Source: Candidatus Egerieisoma sp. (GTDB taxonomy: Bacteria; Bacillota; Clostridia; UBA1212; UBA1255). From it: DNA of 64,000 nt. The position numbers and the translations under genes were made by a program. Shown here piece by piece: positions 29,175-39,712 of the stretch. Under the pieces are notes generated by a model. The model was not told the DNA's origin. It ran no database searches and saw nothing but the letters and a program-made list of their open reading frames with translations. The DNA lies in contig JBGVNN010000054.1 in assembly GCA_045125595.1 (NCBI GenBank), positions 74,182 to 138,181 of the forward strand, written 5' to 3'. Position 1 is the first letter of the stretch; each line of letters starts with the position of its first letter.

Positions 29175-29220
29175 ACGACAACCGAGCAGACCGCAATCTA
29201 TGCCCGGTTGTTGTTTTTTT
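29175..29220 (+). terminator. Rho-independent terminator after the DAK2 gene
   Basis: acgacaaccg...cggttgttgt stem followed by a T-run. Confidence 0.65.
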
Positions 29221-29303
29221 GTTGAATTTTACAGGTTTTAATGATAATATGTATATCATATTGATAAAAAATAAAGTTAATCTATATGAGGAGAATGAGT
29301 AAT

Positions 29304-30317
29304 ATGAAAAATATACAAGAGTACAGTCAAAAAGATTTACTTCGTCTTGTGGGTTCACAAGACCAAATATACAGTGTTAAGAGATATATGTCCGAAGAGG
29401 GTAAAGGAAAAGGCTCAAGTATTTACCAAGTAACGACAGGTGGTAAGCTTCAATATGATGTTGCTATAGATAACGCGATGGATTTGACAAATTTGTCATA
29501 TAATGGAATTAATGTCAGTTACATAGCCAAAAACGGCAGTATGGTTTCTCCTTATGTGCACGAAAACAGCGGTAGTGTATTTAATCAAACATTTAATGCA
29601 GGTATGCTTTATACATGCGGTTTGAGAAATACGGGAGGTTCTTTGGTTGAAAACGGCGAGTTTTTTGCTACTCACGGCAGAATTCATTCTATTCCGGCGG
29701 AAAATTGCAGCGCTATTTGCGAGGATGGCAATATAACAATTAAAGGTTATGTTCGCGAAACGGCGCTTTTCGGTCATTCTTTAGAACTTAAAAGAACTAT
29801 TACTTCTAAAATCGGCGGTTCTAAAATTGTTATTGACGATGTGGTAACAAACAAAACACCGGCAGATGAAGAATATATGATTATTTATCATATGAATTTT
29901 GGCTTTCCTTTTTTGTCACCTGAGCTTAAAATGACGCTTCCTGAGAATATTGAAACAAAACCGGCTACGGATCATGCTGCCGAATATTTGGGAAGAGAAA
30001 CAGAATTTACAATGCCTATTGACGGAGAGGACGAGACATTATTCTTTCATACTCTTAAAAATAAAAATGGGCTTGCATGTGTTAAATTAGAAAACCCTGA
30101 GGTAGGCATAGGAGCTGTAGTGAAATTTTCCGCAGATACTTTACCGATAATGGCTCAGTGGAGATGTATGAGAAGCGGGGAATATGTACTCGGTATCGAG
30201 CCGACAAACTCATATGTTATGGGAAGAACCAAAGAAAGAGAAAATGGTACAATTGGTGTAATCCCCGCGTTTGAAAGCGTGAAAATGCATATTGAATTGG
30301 AATTTTATGATTTATAA
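29304..30317 (+). CDS. Aldose 1-epimerase-like protein (DUF4432 family)
   Basis: GMLYTCGL, THGRIH, YHMNFGFP, YVLGIEP; start chosen from the GAGGAG RBS. Confidence 0.82.
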   Translation: MKNIQEYSQKDLLRLVGSQDQIYSVKRYMSEEGKGKGSSIYQVTTGGKLQYDVAIDNAMDLTNLSYNGINVSYIAKNGSMVSPYVHENSGSVFNQTFNAGMLYTCGLRNTGGSLVENGEFFATHGRIHSIPAENCSAICEDGNITIKGYVRETALFGHSLELKRTITSKIGGSKIVIDDVVTNKTPADEEYMIIYHMNFGFPFLSPELKMTLPENIETKPATDHAAEYLGRETEFTMPIDGEDETLFFHTLKNKNGLACVKLENPEVGIGAVVKFSADTLPIMAQWRCMRSGEYVLGIEPTNSYVMGRTKERENGTIGVIPAFESVKMHIELEFYDL

Positions 30318-30357
30318 AAAATTGCAAAAAAATATTTTAAATTTGCAAAAATAGGTA

Positions 30358-30386
30358 TTGACAATATGCTGATTAGACATTATAAT
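30358..30386 (+). promoter_or_regulatory. Consensus sigma-A promoter of tRNA-Leu
   Basis: TTGACA-17bp-TATAAT with an AT-rich UP element. Confidence 0.9.
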
Positions 30387-30428
30387 AGCAATCGCTGTTT
30401 GCGAGACAGCTTACAAACAGCGAATAAT

Positions 30429-30512
30429 GCGACCGTGGCGGAATTGGCAGACGCGCACGTTTGAGGGGCGTGTGGTACTCCCGTACGAGTTCAAGTCTCG
30501 TCGGTCGCACCA
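30429..30512 (+). tRNA. tRNA-Leu(GAG)
   Basis: GCGACCG/CGGTCGC acceptor stem, D-loop GGAATTGGCAGAC, anticodon arm CACGT-TTGAGGG-GCGTG, long variable arm, TTCAAGT T-loop, encoded CCA. Confidence 0.97.
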
Positions 30513-30513
30513 G

Positions 30514-30555
30514 AAAAGACCGTAACTTTGATACCAAGGTTACGGCCTTTTTTTA
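30514..30555 (+). terminator. Rho-independent terminator of tRNA-Leu
   Basis: gaccgtaactttg...caaggttacggcc followed by a T-run. Confidence 0.8.
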
Positions 30556-30727
30556 TAAAATAAATTCTTTGTCTTGCTGGTGATATGATCGCAAAGTGCA
30601 CTTTGTCCGACGACTCATAATACTGTAAATATGAGTTGTTTGAAAATGTTAATCTAAATAAGAATTTTTGATGCCTAAAACGGCGAAAGAGAGACGCCTT
30701 GAACCATTACGAAGGGGGCTCTCAATA

Positions 30728-30756
30728 TTGACAAATCGATACTGCCGAGCTACAAT
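30728..30756 (+). promoter_or_regulatory. Sigma-A promoter of the CPBP gene
   Basis: TTGACA-17bp-TACAAT. Confidence 0.75.
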
Positions 30757-30796
30757 CGAAAAAAAGAAATAACAGTTCTACTTTTAGGAGGAATTT

Positions 30797-31639
30797 ATGT
30801 TAAAAAAAATCAGATCTTTGACGTATAAATACGCCATTTCCGCTACATTTATCATTTTCGTCTTGACTGATATGCTACTGCTTGGTATTGGGCAACTCCT
30901 TTCACAATTGCCTCCAACGCTACCAACGCTATATTTGATTGAAATTATTTTGATACTTATTCCCGTAGCCTTAGTATTTTTCTTTGGCTTTTCAAGTGCA
31001 TTCAAGAAGGGAAAACTCTTACGAGGGTTACTCTACTTGCTGCCGTTTATTGTGTTGCAGCTTTTTATATTGATGCTTTTCTTCGTTGGAAATCTGAAAA
31101 ATCCCGAAGCAAACTGGAAGCCGTGGTATTTGGTCGTTTATGGTGTGTTTTCCGTTGTTGGGGTTGCTGTCAGAGAGGAATGCATTTTCAGAGCGACCTT
31201 TCAGAACATACTTGCGAAAAAGTATGCAAATTCGGTGAAGGGAATTTGGATAAGTGCAAGTGTTTCCGCACTTATTTTCGGACTGACTCACGTAACCAAC
31301 GTCTTTTTCGGTATGAATCCTCTTGCGGTTCTCAGTCAAGTAATCTCTGCTACCTGTTTAGGTCTCTTGTTCGGCGCGGTCTATATGAGAAGCGGAAGCA
31401 TCTGGGCGCTCATTATTGTTCACACCTTGACCGATATCGCCGGTCTTGCGGGATCGACGTTCATGTACATCGGTGATATTGAAGACTTGAACCAGCTGTC
31501 TTGGTCATGGAAATGGCTGATTCTCCGTCTGATCTATGTCGGATTCGCAGCCTTCTTGCTCCGTCCCTCCAAGCGTAAGCAGATTTGCGAAAACTTCTGC
31601 TTTGCGGGCGAAGAGTCGGAAACGGCTTCGCACACATAA
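30797..31639 (+). CDS. CPBP (CAAX/Abi) family intramembrane metalloprotease
   Basis: EECIFR, FGLTH and HTLTD motifs; multiple TM helices; AGGAGG RBS. Confidence 0.9.
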   Translation: MLKKIRSLTYKYAISATFIIFVLTDMLLLGIGQLLSQLPPTLPTLYLIEIILILIPVALVFFFGFSSAFKKGKLLRGLLYLLPFIVLQLFILMLFFVGNLKNPEANWKPWYLVVYGVFSVVGVAVREECIFRATFQNILAKKYANSVKGIWISASVSALIFGLTHVTNVFFGMNPLAVLSQVISATCLGLLFGAVYMRSGSIWALIIVHTLTDIAGLAGSTFMYIGDIEDLNQLSWSWKWLILRLIYVGFAAFLLRPSKRKQICENFCFAGEESETASHT

Positions 31640-31670
31640 TTTAAAATCCAACTTACAGACTGTAAAACTG

Positions 31671-31719
31671 AAAAATCCCCGATCGGTACCGCATTCGGAT
31701 GCTGTTCGGGGATTTTTTT
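31671..31719 (+). terminator. Rho-independent terminator after the CPBP gene
   Basis: aaaaatccccga...tcggggattttttt. Confidence 0.75.
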
Positions 31720-31807
31720 ACAACGAGCTGTCGGAGTTGCTTTGAATGTGACCGAGGAATTTGTATTAAAAAAATTGAAAAAATATGAAATTTCAATGAA
31801 TGAATTA

Positions 31808-31836
31808 TTGACTTCTGTTAATCAATCTTGTATCAT
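31808..31836 (+). promoter_or_regulatory. Sigma-A promoter of the first glycosidase-lectin gene
   Basis: TTGACT-17bp-TATCAT. Confidence 0.6.
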
Positions 31837-31879
31837 ATGAGTACAAGTTCAAACTGAAAAAGATAGAGGAGATGCTTTT

Positions 31880-34774
31880 ATGAAAAGTTTATTAAAAAAA
31901 GGCATTGCATTTATTATGGTAAGTGCGATGATCGTTTCTTTGTTGTTGCCCATGAGTTTGTCGGCGTACAGCTTTACGGGACAGGATTATAATGTCACGT
32001 CTAATATTATGATGAATGGCACAGATACAGGTGCTGATTTTACAAGAGTTCATTTGGGAAGCGGAGGATCTTCAGGTTGGGGTGCCAACAGATATATTAA
32101 TATAGTTGAAGCGAACCTTTCTAAACATGATAATCTTGGCTTTGAAGTTATCAACCATGGTTCTTCAACAGGAAGCGCAACAACGCTTACAAGTGAAGTT
32201 GCAAAATACAATGAAGATGACAATACAATTCTCGCAGCAGTAAACGGAGACTGGATGAGTTATGCAAAGAGCATCGGAGTACCTGTTACAAAGAATTACA
32301 GAGTGTCATTCAGTTCAATGCTTGCAGATGGTGAAATTTGGTGCAGTGAAATGTCTTCACAAGAACAAGCCGCTGACTACTATACTTTCGGTGTTTCTTC
32401 TGACAGACAAGTGTTAATAGGTAAACCTTATGTAAGCACAACGATTAAAAATGTTTCTACAGGTAAATCTTTTTCAGCAACAGGTGTTAACAGAGCGCCT
32501 GCAAATAATGGACTTTATGTTTACAACAACAGAATAGGTTCTTCAAACTATGTACCCACAAATGCTTATGAGGTTGCAATCTCCACTTCTTCAAATAAAT
32601 TTATGAATGGTGGTACTGTAACAGGTACAGTAAAGGGAATATATCCTGTTGGCACTACTTCACGTTGTGCTCTTGATAACAATACAATTATTATCACAGC
32701 AAGAGGAACAAAGGTTTCTACAATTAAAGGATATTTCAGTGTTGGACAGACAGTTACGGTTTCAACAAAGCTTACAGCATCTTCAAACAGCTCTTTCTGG
32801 GCAAAATGTGAAGAAGCAATCGGCGGCCAATGTCTTGTTATGAAAAATGGTTCTATAAATAACGACCTTGGTGCAAGTACAGGAGAAAACTCACATCAAT
32901 ATCCTACAAATATCATCGGTTATAAGAGTGATGGTACAGTTATGATGACGATGGTTACTTCTGACAAAAACGGTAATTATGTAGGACTTCGCTTTAACAG
33001 AATAGCAAGTTTCTGTAAATCTGTAGGATACGACACATGCTTGCTTCTTGATGGTGGCGGTTCAACAACAATGGTTACTTTAGAAAATGGTACATATGTA
33101 GAAAGAGCATGTTATTCTGACGGTTCAATCAGATCAGTATGGAATTCTATCGCATTGGTAAATAAAGAGTCGAGTATTGTGCCAAACAGTATAAAATCAG
33201 TTGTATTTGATGCAGCATACTATTCATCAAAACATCCTGATCTTAAGGCTGCATTTGGTACTGATTCTGCTAAACTTTATAATCACTTTATTAACTTTGG
33301 TATAAAAGAAGGACGTCAAGCAAGCCCTAATTTTGACATCAAATATTATGTAAATAATAACGCTGACCTTAAAGCTGCTTTTGGTACAGACTATTTGTCA
33401 GCAATGAAGCATTTTGCAGAATATGGTGTAAATGAGAAACGTCTTACAGCAAAACCTGCTGATATCGGTTCAAAAGTTGAGTTTAGAATTAATGTAAACA
33501 ACCTTGCTGTAGGATTGTCAGGAACAAATGTTGTTACAGCAACAAAAGCACTTAATTCTTCTGAAGTTTGGATATTCACAAAAAATACAAATGGTACATA
33601 CACAATAAAGAATAAAGAAACAGGAAAAGTACTTGACGTATATGCGGCATCAAACAAAGCCGGTGCAAACGTACAAACATATGACGGTAACGGTTCTGAT
33701 GCTCAATGTTGGTTCATGTATGATTGCGGTGACGGCACATACTTAATACAACCTAAATGCAGTACAACTTGCGTTCTTGATGTAGCAGGCGGCAGTACAT
33801 CTGCAGGAGCAAATATTCAAATTTATACAAGTAATGGATCAGCGGCTCAAAAGTTTTCACTTGCTTCTATTTCTAAAATAGAAAGTCTTGTAGCAAACTC
33901 GAAATATGTTGATCTCGGTAACAATTTCTTTGCTCATATTACAGGCGTTGGTTCAGGCAAGAATATTGCTGACTCAAATGCAAGTGTTGTTTTAGCAAAT
34001 AATGCTGTAACAGCATCTCAAATTTGGAAGTTTGAAAAATATTCAGATGGTAGTTATAAAATTATCAACCAAGCATCAGGTAAGGTTTTGGATGTAGCCG
34101 GAGGAAAAGATGTTTCCGGAACAAAAGTTCAAACATATACATCGAATGACAGTAATGCACAAAGATGGTTTGTTTACAGCACATCTAACGGATACGTATT
34201 CCTTCCCAAGAGTTCAACAACATCAGTTCTTGATGTTGCTGCTGCGGGAACAACAGCAGGAACAGCATTGCAAATATATACATTTAATGATACTCCTGCT
34301 CAAAAGTTTACTGTTACAAAATTAAATGGCAGTGACTATATGGATATAGTTGGAAGTACATCAATAGGTACAGGTTTCTACGCTAATATTTCAATCGGAG
34401 CAACAAGCGTTGGTGTTTCCGGCACAAATGTTCAGCTTGTGAAAACATCAAAAACATCTGCCGCACAGACATGGAAATTTGATTTGCAATCAGATGGATC
34501 ATACAAGATAACAAATAAATCTACCGGCAAAGTGTTGGACGTATATGCAGCTCAAGATGCTGACTTTGCTAATGTTCAAGTATATGAGAGCAATAACACA
34601 AGCGCTCAACGTTGGTTCCTTTATGAAAAGGATGGTAAATATATCTTACGTTCAGCAGCATCTAAGACAAGAGTATTGGATGTATATGCAGGAAACGTTG
34701 CAGCAGGAACGAATGTTGATATTTATACTAAAAACTACACAGATGCTCAGATGTTTACAATTACAAAGGTATGA
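31880..34774 (+). CDS. Secreted phosphodiester glycosidase (NAGPA-like) protein with FDxxYY...PDL repeats and three ricin-B lectin domains
   Basis: Signal peptide; AAVNGD and LLDGGGST (NAGPA family); two FD..YY...DLKAAFGTD repeats; repeated GKVLDV...AQ(R/C)W ricin motifs. Confidence 0.8.
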   Translation: MKSLLKKGIAFIMVSAMIVSLLLPMSLSAYSFTGQDYNVTSNIMMNGTDTGADFTRVHLGSGGSSGWGANRYINIVEANLSKHDNLGFEVINHGSSTGSATTLTSEVAKYNEDDNTILAAVNGDWMSYAKSIGVPVTKNYRVSFSSMLADGEIWCSEMSSQEQAADYYTFGVSSDRQVLIGKPYVSTTIKNVSTGKSFSATGVNRAPANNGLYVYNNRIGSSNYVPTNAYEVAISTSSNKFMNGGTVTGTVKGIYPVGTTSRCALDNNTIIITARGTKVSTIKGYFSVGQTVTVSTKLTASSNSSFWAKCEEAIGGQCLVMKNGSINNDLGASTGENSHQYPTNIIGYKSDGTVMMTMVTSDKNGNYVGLRFNRIASFCKSVGYDTCLLLDGGGSTTMVTLENGTYVERACYSDGSIRSVWNSIALVNKESSIVPNSIKSVVFDAAYYSSKHPDLKAAFGTDSAKLYNHFINFGIKEGRQASPNFDIKYYVNNNADLKAAFGTDYLSAMKHFAEYGVNEKRLTAKPADIGSKVEFRINVNNLAVGLSGTNVVTATKALNSSEVWIFTKNTNGTYTIKNKETGKVLDVYAASNKAGANVQTYDGNGSDAQCWFMYDCGDGTYLIQPKCSTTCVLDVAGGSTSAGANIQIYTSNGSAAQKFSLASISKIESLVANSKYVDLGNNFFAHITGVGSGKNIADSNASVVLANNAVTASQIWKFEKYSDGSYKIINQASGKVLDVAGGKDVSGTKVQTYTSNDSNAQRWFVYSTSNGYVFLPKSSTTSVLDVAAAGTTAGTALQIYTFNDTPAQKFTVTKLNGSDYMDIVGSTSIGTGFYANISIGATSVGVSGTNVQLVKTSKTSAAQTWKFDLQSDGSYKITNKSTGKVLDVYAAQDADFANVQVYESNNTSAQRWFLYEKDGKYILRSAASKTRVLDVYAGNVAAGTNVDIYTKNYTDAQMFTITKV

Positions 34775-34805
34775 TTTATAATACAAAGTAATTATATTAA
34801 TTATG

Positions 34806-34840
34806 ATGCCCTAAAGATGTGTTGTCTTTGGGGCATTTAT
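34806..34840 (+). terminator. Possible terminator hairpin
   Basis: atgccctaaaga...tctttgggcat with a weak T tail. Confidence 0.5.
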
Positions 34841-34856
34841 TAAGAGGTGATACGCT

Positions 34857-35705
34857 ATGTATAAATTTCCAATAGGAGCAATGCTTGAATCTTTTAGATT
34901 GCCTTTTAAAGAAGCTGTTGAAAAAGCCGCTTCAATCGGTATAAAAGGATTGCAAATGTATATGACAGGAGGAGAGATGTCTCCTGAAACATTGACACCA
35001 GCTAAAATTAAAGAAATGCTCGATATAATTAAATCAAACGGCTTATGTGTTTCCGCAATTTGCGGAGATTTCGGACACGGTTTTGGTGTTGAAGAAGCAA
35101 ACAAAGAACTCGTGGAGCGTTCAAAAAGGGTAATGGATCTTACAATGTGTTTTGAAACAAATATTGTAACAACTCATATTGGTGTAGTTCCGTCAGATAA
35201 AAATCATCCAAGATACGCAGTAATGCAAAAAGCTTGTAGAGAATTAGCTGATTATGCTTCCTCAATAGGCGGACATTTTGCTGTAGAAACAGGACCGGAA
35301 ACAGCAGTTGTTTTAAAAGAGTTTTTAGATAGTTTAGGTTCTGACGGAGTTGCGGTAAATCTTGATCCTGCAAATTTTGTTATGGTAACAGGGGATGATC
35401 CCGTTAAGGCTGTACACACATTGAACAAATATATTGTACATACCCATGCCAAAGACGGTGTTAAATTGCTTGACAGAGACCCTGAAATAATCTACGGTTT
35501 ACGAAAAGAAGATGAAATGGAGTCTTGGGGTGTGGCTTTTCGCGAGATGCCTCTCGGACAAGGAAACGTAGCCTTTAAAAATTATTTAAAGGCATTGGAA
35601 GATATCGGCTATAAGGGATTTTTAACTATAGAAAGAGAAGTCGGTGAAAATCCTGTTAAGGATATTGAAGAAGCTGTGACTTTCCTTAAATCACAAATGA
35701 ACTAA
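34857..35705 (+). CDS. Sugar phosphate isomerase/epimerase (xylose isomerase-like TIM barrel)
   Basis: AVETGPE, NLDPAN, HTHAKD, PLGQG, LTIERE. Confidence 0.88.
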   Translation: MYKFPIGAMLESFRLPFKEAVEKAASIGIKGLQMYMTGGEMSPETLTPAKIKEMLDIIKSNGLCVSAICGDFGHGFGVEEANKELVERSKRVMDLTMCFETNIVTTHIGVVPSDKNHPRYAVMQKACRELADYASSIGGHFAVETGPETAVVLKEFLDSLGSDGVAVNLDPANFVMVTGDDPVKAVHTLNKYIVHTHAKDGVKLLDRDPEIIYGLRKEDEMESWGVAFREMPLGQGNVAFKNYLKALEDIGYKGFLTIEREVGENPVKDIEEAVTFLKSQMN

Positions 35706-35739
35706 AGTCAATTCCATTTAAGTCAGGAGGAGATATTAC

Positions 35740-37059
35740 ATGAAAATTACATTTATGGGAGCCGGAAGTACAGTTTTTGCACGTAATGTTATTGGCGATT
35801 GTATGTGTACGGAATCTTTAAGAGATAGCGTATTTGCTTTATATGATATTGATGGCGTGCGTCTTGAAGAAAGCCGTGTTATACTTGAGGCAATGCAAAA
35901 GGCAAAAGGCGGATACGGTAAAATCGAGTGTTATTGCGGTGTGGAAAATCGAAAAAAAGCTCTTAGCGGAGCGAATTTTGTAGTAAATGCCATACAAGTG
36001 GGCGGATATGAGCCTTGTACAGTTATAGATTTTGAAGTGCCTAAAAAATACGGTCTGAGACAGACTATAGCTGATACTTTAGGTATAGGCGGCATTATGA
36101 GAACACTTCGTACAGCACCGGTAATGATGGATTTTGCCAGAGATATGGAGGAAGTTTGTCCGGATGCACTTTTTCTTAACTATGTAAATCCTATGGCAAT
36201 GCTTTCAGGCTATATTCAAAGATATTCAGGTATTGCAACCGTAGGCTTGTGTCACAGCGTTCAAGTATGCAGTGAGGGTCTATTAAGAGGCTTGGATATG
36301 GCAGACAAACTTGATGGACGCAAAGAATTAATTGCCGGCATAAATCATATGGCATGGCTTTTGGAGATTAAAGATAAAGATGGCAATGACCTTTATCCTG
36401 AAATCAAAAAAAGAATACAAGCCAAAATTGATGATCCTGCATGTTTTGATAAAGTGCGTTATGATTACATTCGCAATTTCGGCTACTACTGTACAGAATC
36501 AAGTGAACATAATGCGGAATATAATATGTTTTATATAAAAGACAAATACCCTGAAAAAATAAAGCAATTTAACATCCCGTTAGATGAATATCCGAGACGA
36601 TGCGAGATACAAATTGAATCGTGGAAAAAAGAATATAAAGAAATGCTTGAAAAGGGAATAAAAGAACATACTCGTTCGCATGAATATGCTTCAAGAATAA
36701 TGGAAGCGGTAGTTACAAGTACACCATATCAAATAGGTGGCAATGTACTTAATAAAAACAGATTGATATCAAATCTTCCCGAGGAAGCGTGCGTAGAAGT
36801 TCCGTGTCTTGTAAACGGCTCCGGTGTGCATCCTTGCGCTGTCGGAAACTTGCCGGTACAATGTGCTGCAATGAATATGACTAATATAAATGTACAATTG
36901 ATAACGCTTGAAGCAGTAAGAACTCTCAAAAAAGAGCATATTTATCAAGCTGCAATGATGGATCCTCATACAGGAAGTGAACTTGATATTGATACGATAA
37001 AGAAAATGGTTGATGAGCTTATCGAAGCTCATGGAGACTATTTACCTAAATATAAATAA
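35740..37059 (+). CDS. melA: GH4 alpha-galactosidase/alpha-glucosidase
   Basis: GAGSTVF, QTIADTLG, NYVNP, GLCHS, GINH, ESSEHNAEY, VEVPC. Confidence 0.88.
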   Translation: MKITFMGAGSTVFARNVIGDCMCTESLRDSVFALYDIDGVRLEESRVILEAMQKAKGGYGKIECYCGVENRKKALSGANFVVNAIQVGGYEPCTVIDFEVPKKYGLRQTIADTLGIGGIMRTLRTAPVMMDFARDMEEVCPDALFLNYVNPMAMLSGYIQRYSGIATVGLCHSVQVCSEGLLRGLDMADKLDGRKELIAGINHMAWLLEIKDKDGNDLYPEIKKRIQAKIDDPACFDKVRYDYIRNFGYYCTESSEHNAEYNMFYIKDKYPEKIKQFNIPLDEYPRRCEIQIESWKKEYKEMLEKGIKEHTRSHEYASRIMEAVVTSTPYQIGGNVLNKNRLISNLPEEACVEVPCLVNGSGVHPCAVGNLPVQCAAMNMTNINVQLITLEAVRTLKKEHIYQAAMMDPHTGSELDIDTIKKMVDELIEAHGDYLPKYK

Positions 37060-37073
37060 ATAAAAAAAGGGAG

Positions 37074-37625
37074 ATGTATTACATGAAAATTTTATTTGTA
37101 GGTAACAGCCACACATTTAATTATGAAGTCCCGGGACTCATATTAAATATTGCTAAAAAAGAAGGTATTGACTGTTTTGCAGCAATGAACGCTCACGGAG
37201 GCTGGACATTGTCACAGCACACAAGAGAGCCCGATGTGCCATTTAACATAAAAAATGGCGGATACGATTATGTCGTATTGCAAGAACATGCACATCCTTT
37301 TGATTATGACGGCAAAATGATGGAGGCAATTCCACTTTTGAAACAATGGGCAGATGAAGGAGGAGCAAAAACCGTAATTTTCGTACCGTGGGCGCAAAAA
37401 CATGAGCGTTTTAAACAACCCGAAATGACAGCGGCATGCTATGAAGCAGCGCGAATTTACGATTGTCTGGTAGCACCTATAGGAGAACTGTGGTGGGAAT
37501 ACCAAGACGCAAATCCCGAAGTAGAGATGTACAGCCCTGACAGAGGTCACGCTTCACTTATCGGTGCGGAATTTGCCGCGAAAGTTATCTGGGATACAAT
37601 CATGGAAGATTATAATAAAAAGTGA
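37074..37625 (+). CDS. SGNH/GDSL hydrolase family protein (putative carbohydrate esterase)
   Basis: ILFVGNSHT (block I), DYVVLQE, DRGH (DxxH). Confidence 0.75.
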   Translation: MYYMKILFVGNSHTFNYEVPGLILNIAKKEGIDCFAAMNAHGGWTLSQHTREPDVPFNIKNGGYDYVVLQEHAHPFDYDGKMMEAIPLLKQWADEGGAKTVIFVPWAQKHERFKQPEMTAACYEAARIYDCLVAPIGELWWEYQDANPEVEMYSPDRGHASLIGAEFAAKVIWDTIMEDYNKK

Positions 37626-37636
37626 TATTGTTAAAT

Positions 37637-37670
37637 AAAAAAGCCGGTGTGTTCAAACACCGGCTTTAAA
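37637..37670. terminator. Bidirectional Rho-independent terminator
   Basis: aaaaaagccggtgt-gttcaa-acaccggcttt between convergent genes. Confidence 0.85.
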
Positions 37671-37684
37671 TTTTATGTTTTAAA

Positions 37685-39523
37685 TTAAACTCTTCTTATC
37701 CAAACTCTCATATCGCATTCTTCGCGGTTTGCGAAAGTCCAATACGGTCTGAATGTTAATTTTGTTGTATTTGTTTTGAACTGTGCCTTTCTGTAAAGTC
37801 CATCAAAATATTCATCAACAAAACCGTTTGTTTCTATGTTGGGGAGTAAGTAGTCTGTTGTCGGAACTTTAATGGCTGACGCTAATGCATCTTTTATATT
37901 AATACTTGCAGCGCCCAAATCAAAATTGTTATCAAGTCTTTCAAGACAGTAAACTGTAGGACCGTAACACAAAGCAACGAGACCATTGTTTCCTCTGATA
38001 GAGGGATGTGACTCAGCAAAGTATATTTCCATATTGAAATCAACAGAGAATTCTAAGTCAGCGGCACCGTTAATAACGATGTAGCCGTCTTTTTCTGTTG
38101 CATCAATGCTTATTGTGTACGAGTCGCTCCACTCGGGCTTTCTTAAATAAATTGTATCGTATTGATTGCCCGTGATTTTTATATTAACTTTGCCATCTAC
38201 AGGATATGCAGTATCAACAGTAACTGTAGCTTTATCTGTAACTGCAGTCATAGCAGCATACTGATTAATAACGAGCGCATTTCCGTACTCTGCCAAGAAG
38301 AAGTCGCCTATACGTGCGTATGTTCTGTTTATATTGGGAGGACAGCACGAACACTCGAAAACTTCAGCTCTGTGGCGCGGGGGCAAATGTGTCTTGTTTG
38401 AAGGTGCCATTGCCACATCTTTGTTAACTGAAGCCATGTGAATCTCTAATGGATTCTGATAGAAGAAAGATTTGCCGTCCAATGCTGTAGAAACGGGAAG
38501 ACCGTTATAAAGAACTCTTTCGATAATAGCAGGGTATTTTGCATCAAGACCGTATTTTTGCATACCTAAAGAGTAAAATAACATTGAAATCGCAGCGCAA
38601 CTTTCTGAATAAGCTTCAAGGTTGGGCAAATCGTATCTTACGGTAAAAGCTTCGCCTTTGGGTGAAGCACCAATACCGCCGGTTATGTACATTCTGCTTG
38701 TTATGATGTTGTCATAAATTCTTTTAGCTGCTTCAGCGAGCTCTTTGTCATTAGCCAATCTGCCGGCTTCTGCCATTGCAGTGTAAATGTAACCTGCTCT
38801 TACAGCGTGACCTACAGCTTCTGTAATTTCTCTTAAAGGTGTATCGTTTTGGTCGTATGCCTTGTCCAAAATCTTAAGAATGGGTTCGTCGGTTGTGCCT
38901 CTTGTGTCTATGAAGAACATTGCCATGTCAAGATATTTCTTGTCTTGTGTGTATTCGTACATTTTTAAAAGGGCAAGTTCTATTTCTTCATGTCCGGGAG
39001 TAGAAAACTTGGCTGTTTTATCAATAATGAAAGCTTTTTCGATACAATCCATATAACGTTTCATTACATTGAGGAACTTGTGATCTTGTGTTGCATCGTC
39101 ATAAGCGATTGCTGCTTCTAAAAGATGTCCCGCACAGTAAAGTTCGTGGTCTCCGCGACGTGTAAAAATGTTTTCGGGGTCCATTTGTTGGAAATATGAA
39201 TTGAGATATCCGTCTTCGCGTTGGTGTTTCTCCATTGAATCAATGAGTTCTTCGCAAAGTTTGAGCTCTTCTTCACATTTGTTGCCGGATTTTACAAGGT
39301 ATGCTACTGCCTCAATCCATTTGGCTACGTCAGAATCAAAATAAACGTGTGGTCGTAAGTCTCCTTCTTTATATGTGTAGCGAAGGGCTTCAAAACGCGC
39401 AGTTTCTTCAAATCTGTTACGCACGCTTTTAATGCTAACATCACGATTTAATTCGTAACGTTTTTTCCAATAACCTTCGTTAAAAGTTATTTTATCAAAA
39501 CTAATATTATTCACTAAACTCAT
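37685..39523 (-). CDS. GH127 beta-L-arabinofuranosidase family protein
   Basis: DSDVAKWIEA, HELYCAGH, GHEEIELAL, GHAVRA, YSESCAAI, CSCCPPN. Confidence 0.92.
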   Translation of the reverse strand: MSLVNNISFDKITFNEGYWKKRYELNRDVSIKSVRNRFEETARFEALRYTYKEGDLRPHVYFDSDVAKWIEAVAYLVKSGNKCEEELKLCEELIDSMEKHQREDGYLNSYFQQMDPENIFTRRGDHELYCAGHLLEAAIAYDDATQDHKFLNVMKRYMDCIEKAFIIDKTAKFSTPGHEEIELALLKMYEYTQDKKYLDMAMFFIDTRGTTDEPILKILDKAYDQNDTPLREITEAVGHAVRAGYIYTAMAEAGRLANDKELAEAAKRIYDNIITSRMYITGGIGASPKGEAFTVRYDLPNLEAYSESCAAISMLFYSLGMQKYGLDAKYPAIIERVLYNGLPVSTALDGKSFFYQNPLEIHMASVNKDVAMAPSNKTHLPPRHRAEVFECSCCPPNINRTYARIGDFFLAEYGNALVINQYAAMTAVTDKATVTVDTAYPVDGKVNIKITGNQYDTIYLRKPEWSDSYTISIDATEKDGYIVINGAADLEFSVDFNMEIYFAESHPSIRGNNGLVALCYGPTVYCLERLDNNFDLGAASINIKDALASAIKVPTTDYLLPNIETNGFVDEYFDGLYRKAQFKTNTTKLTFRPYWTFANREECDMRVWIRRV

Positions 39524-39712
39524 AATATGTCTCCTTTGTAAAATTTTACATTATTATATAATGTAATTCGTTTTGTAGCAAGGGGAAAAGGAAAATCTTG
39601 TATTGACTTTTGCTTTTAAATGGTTTACTCTTAAACATATTTAAACACTTAATATAATTGAGCGAGAGTGTATAGCTGAATAATTATAATATATGTAGGA
39701 GATGTTTATTTC

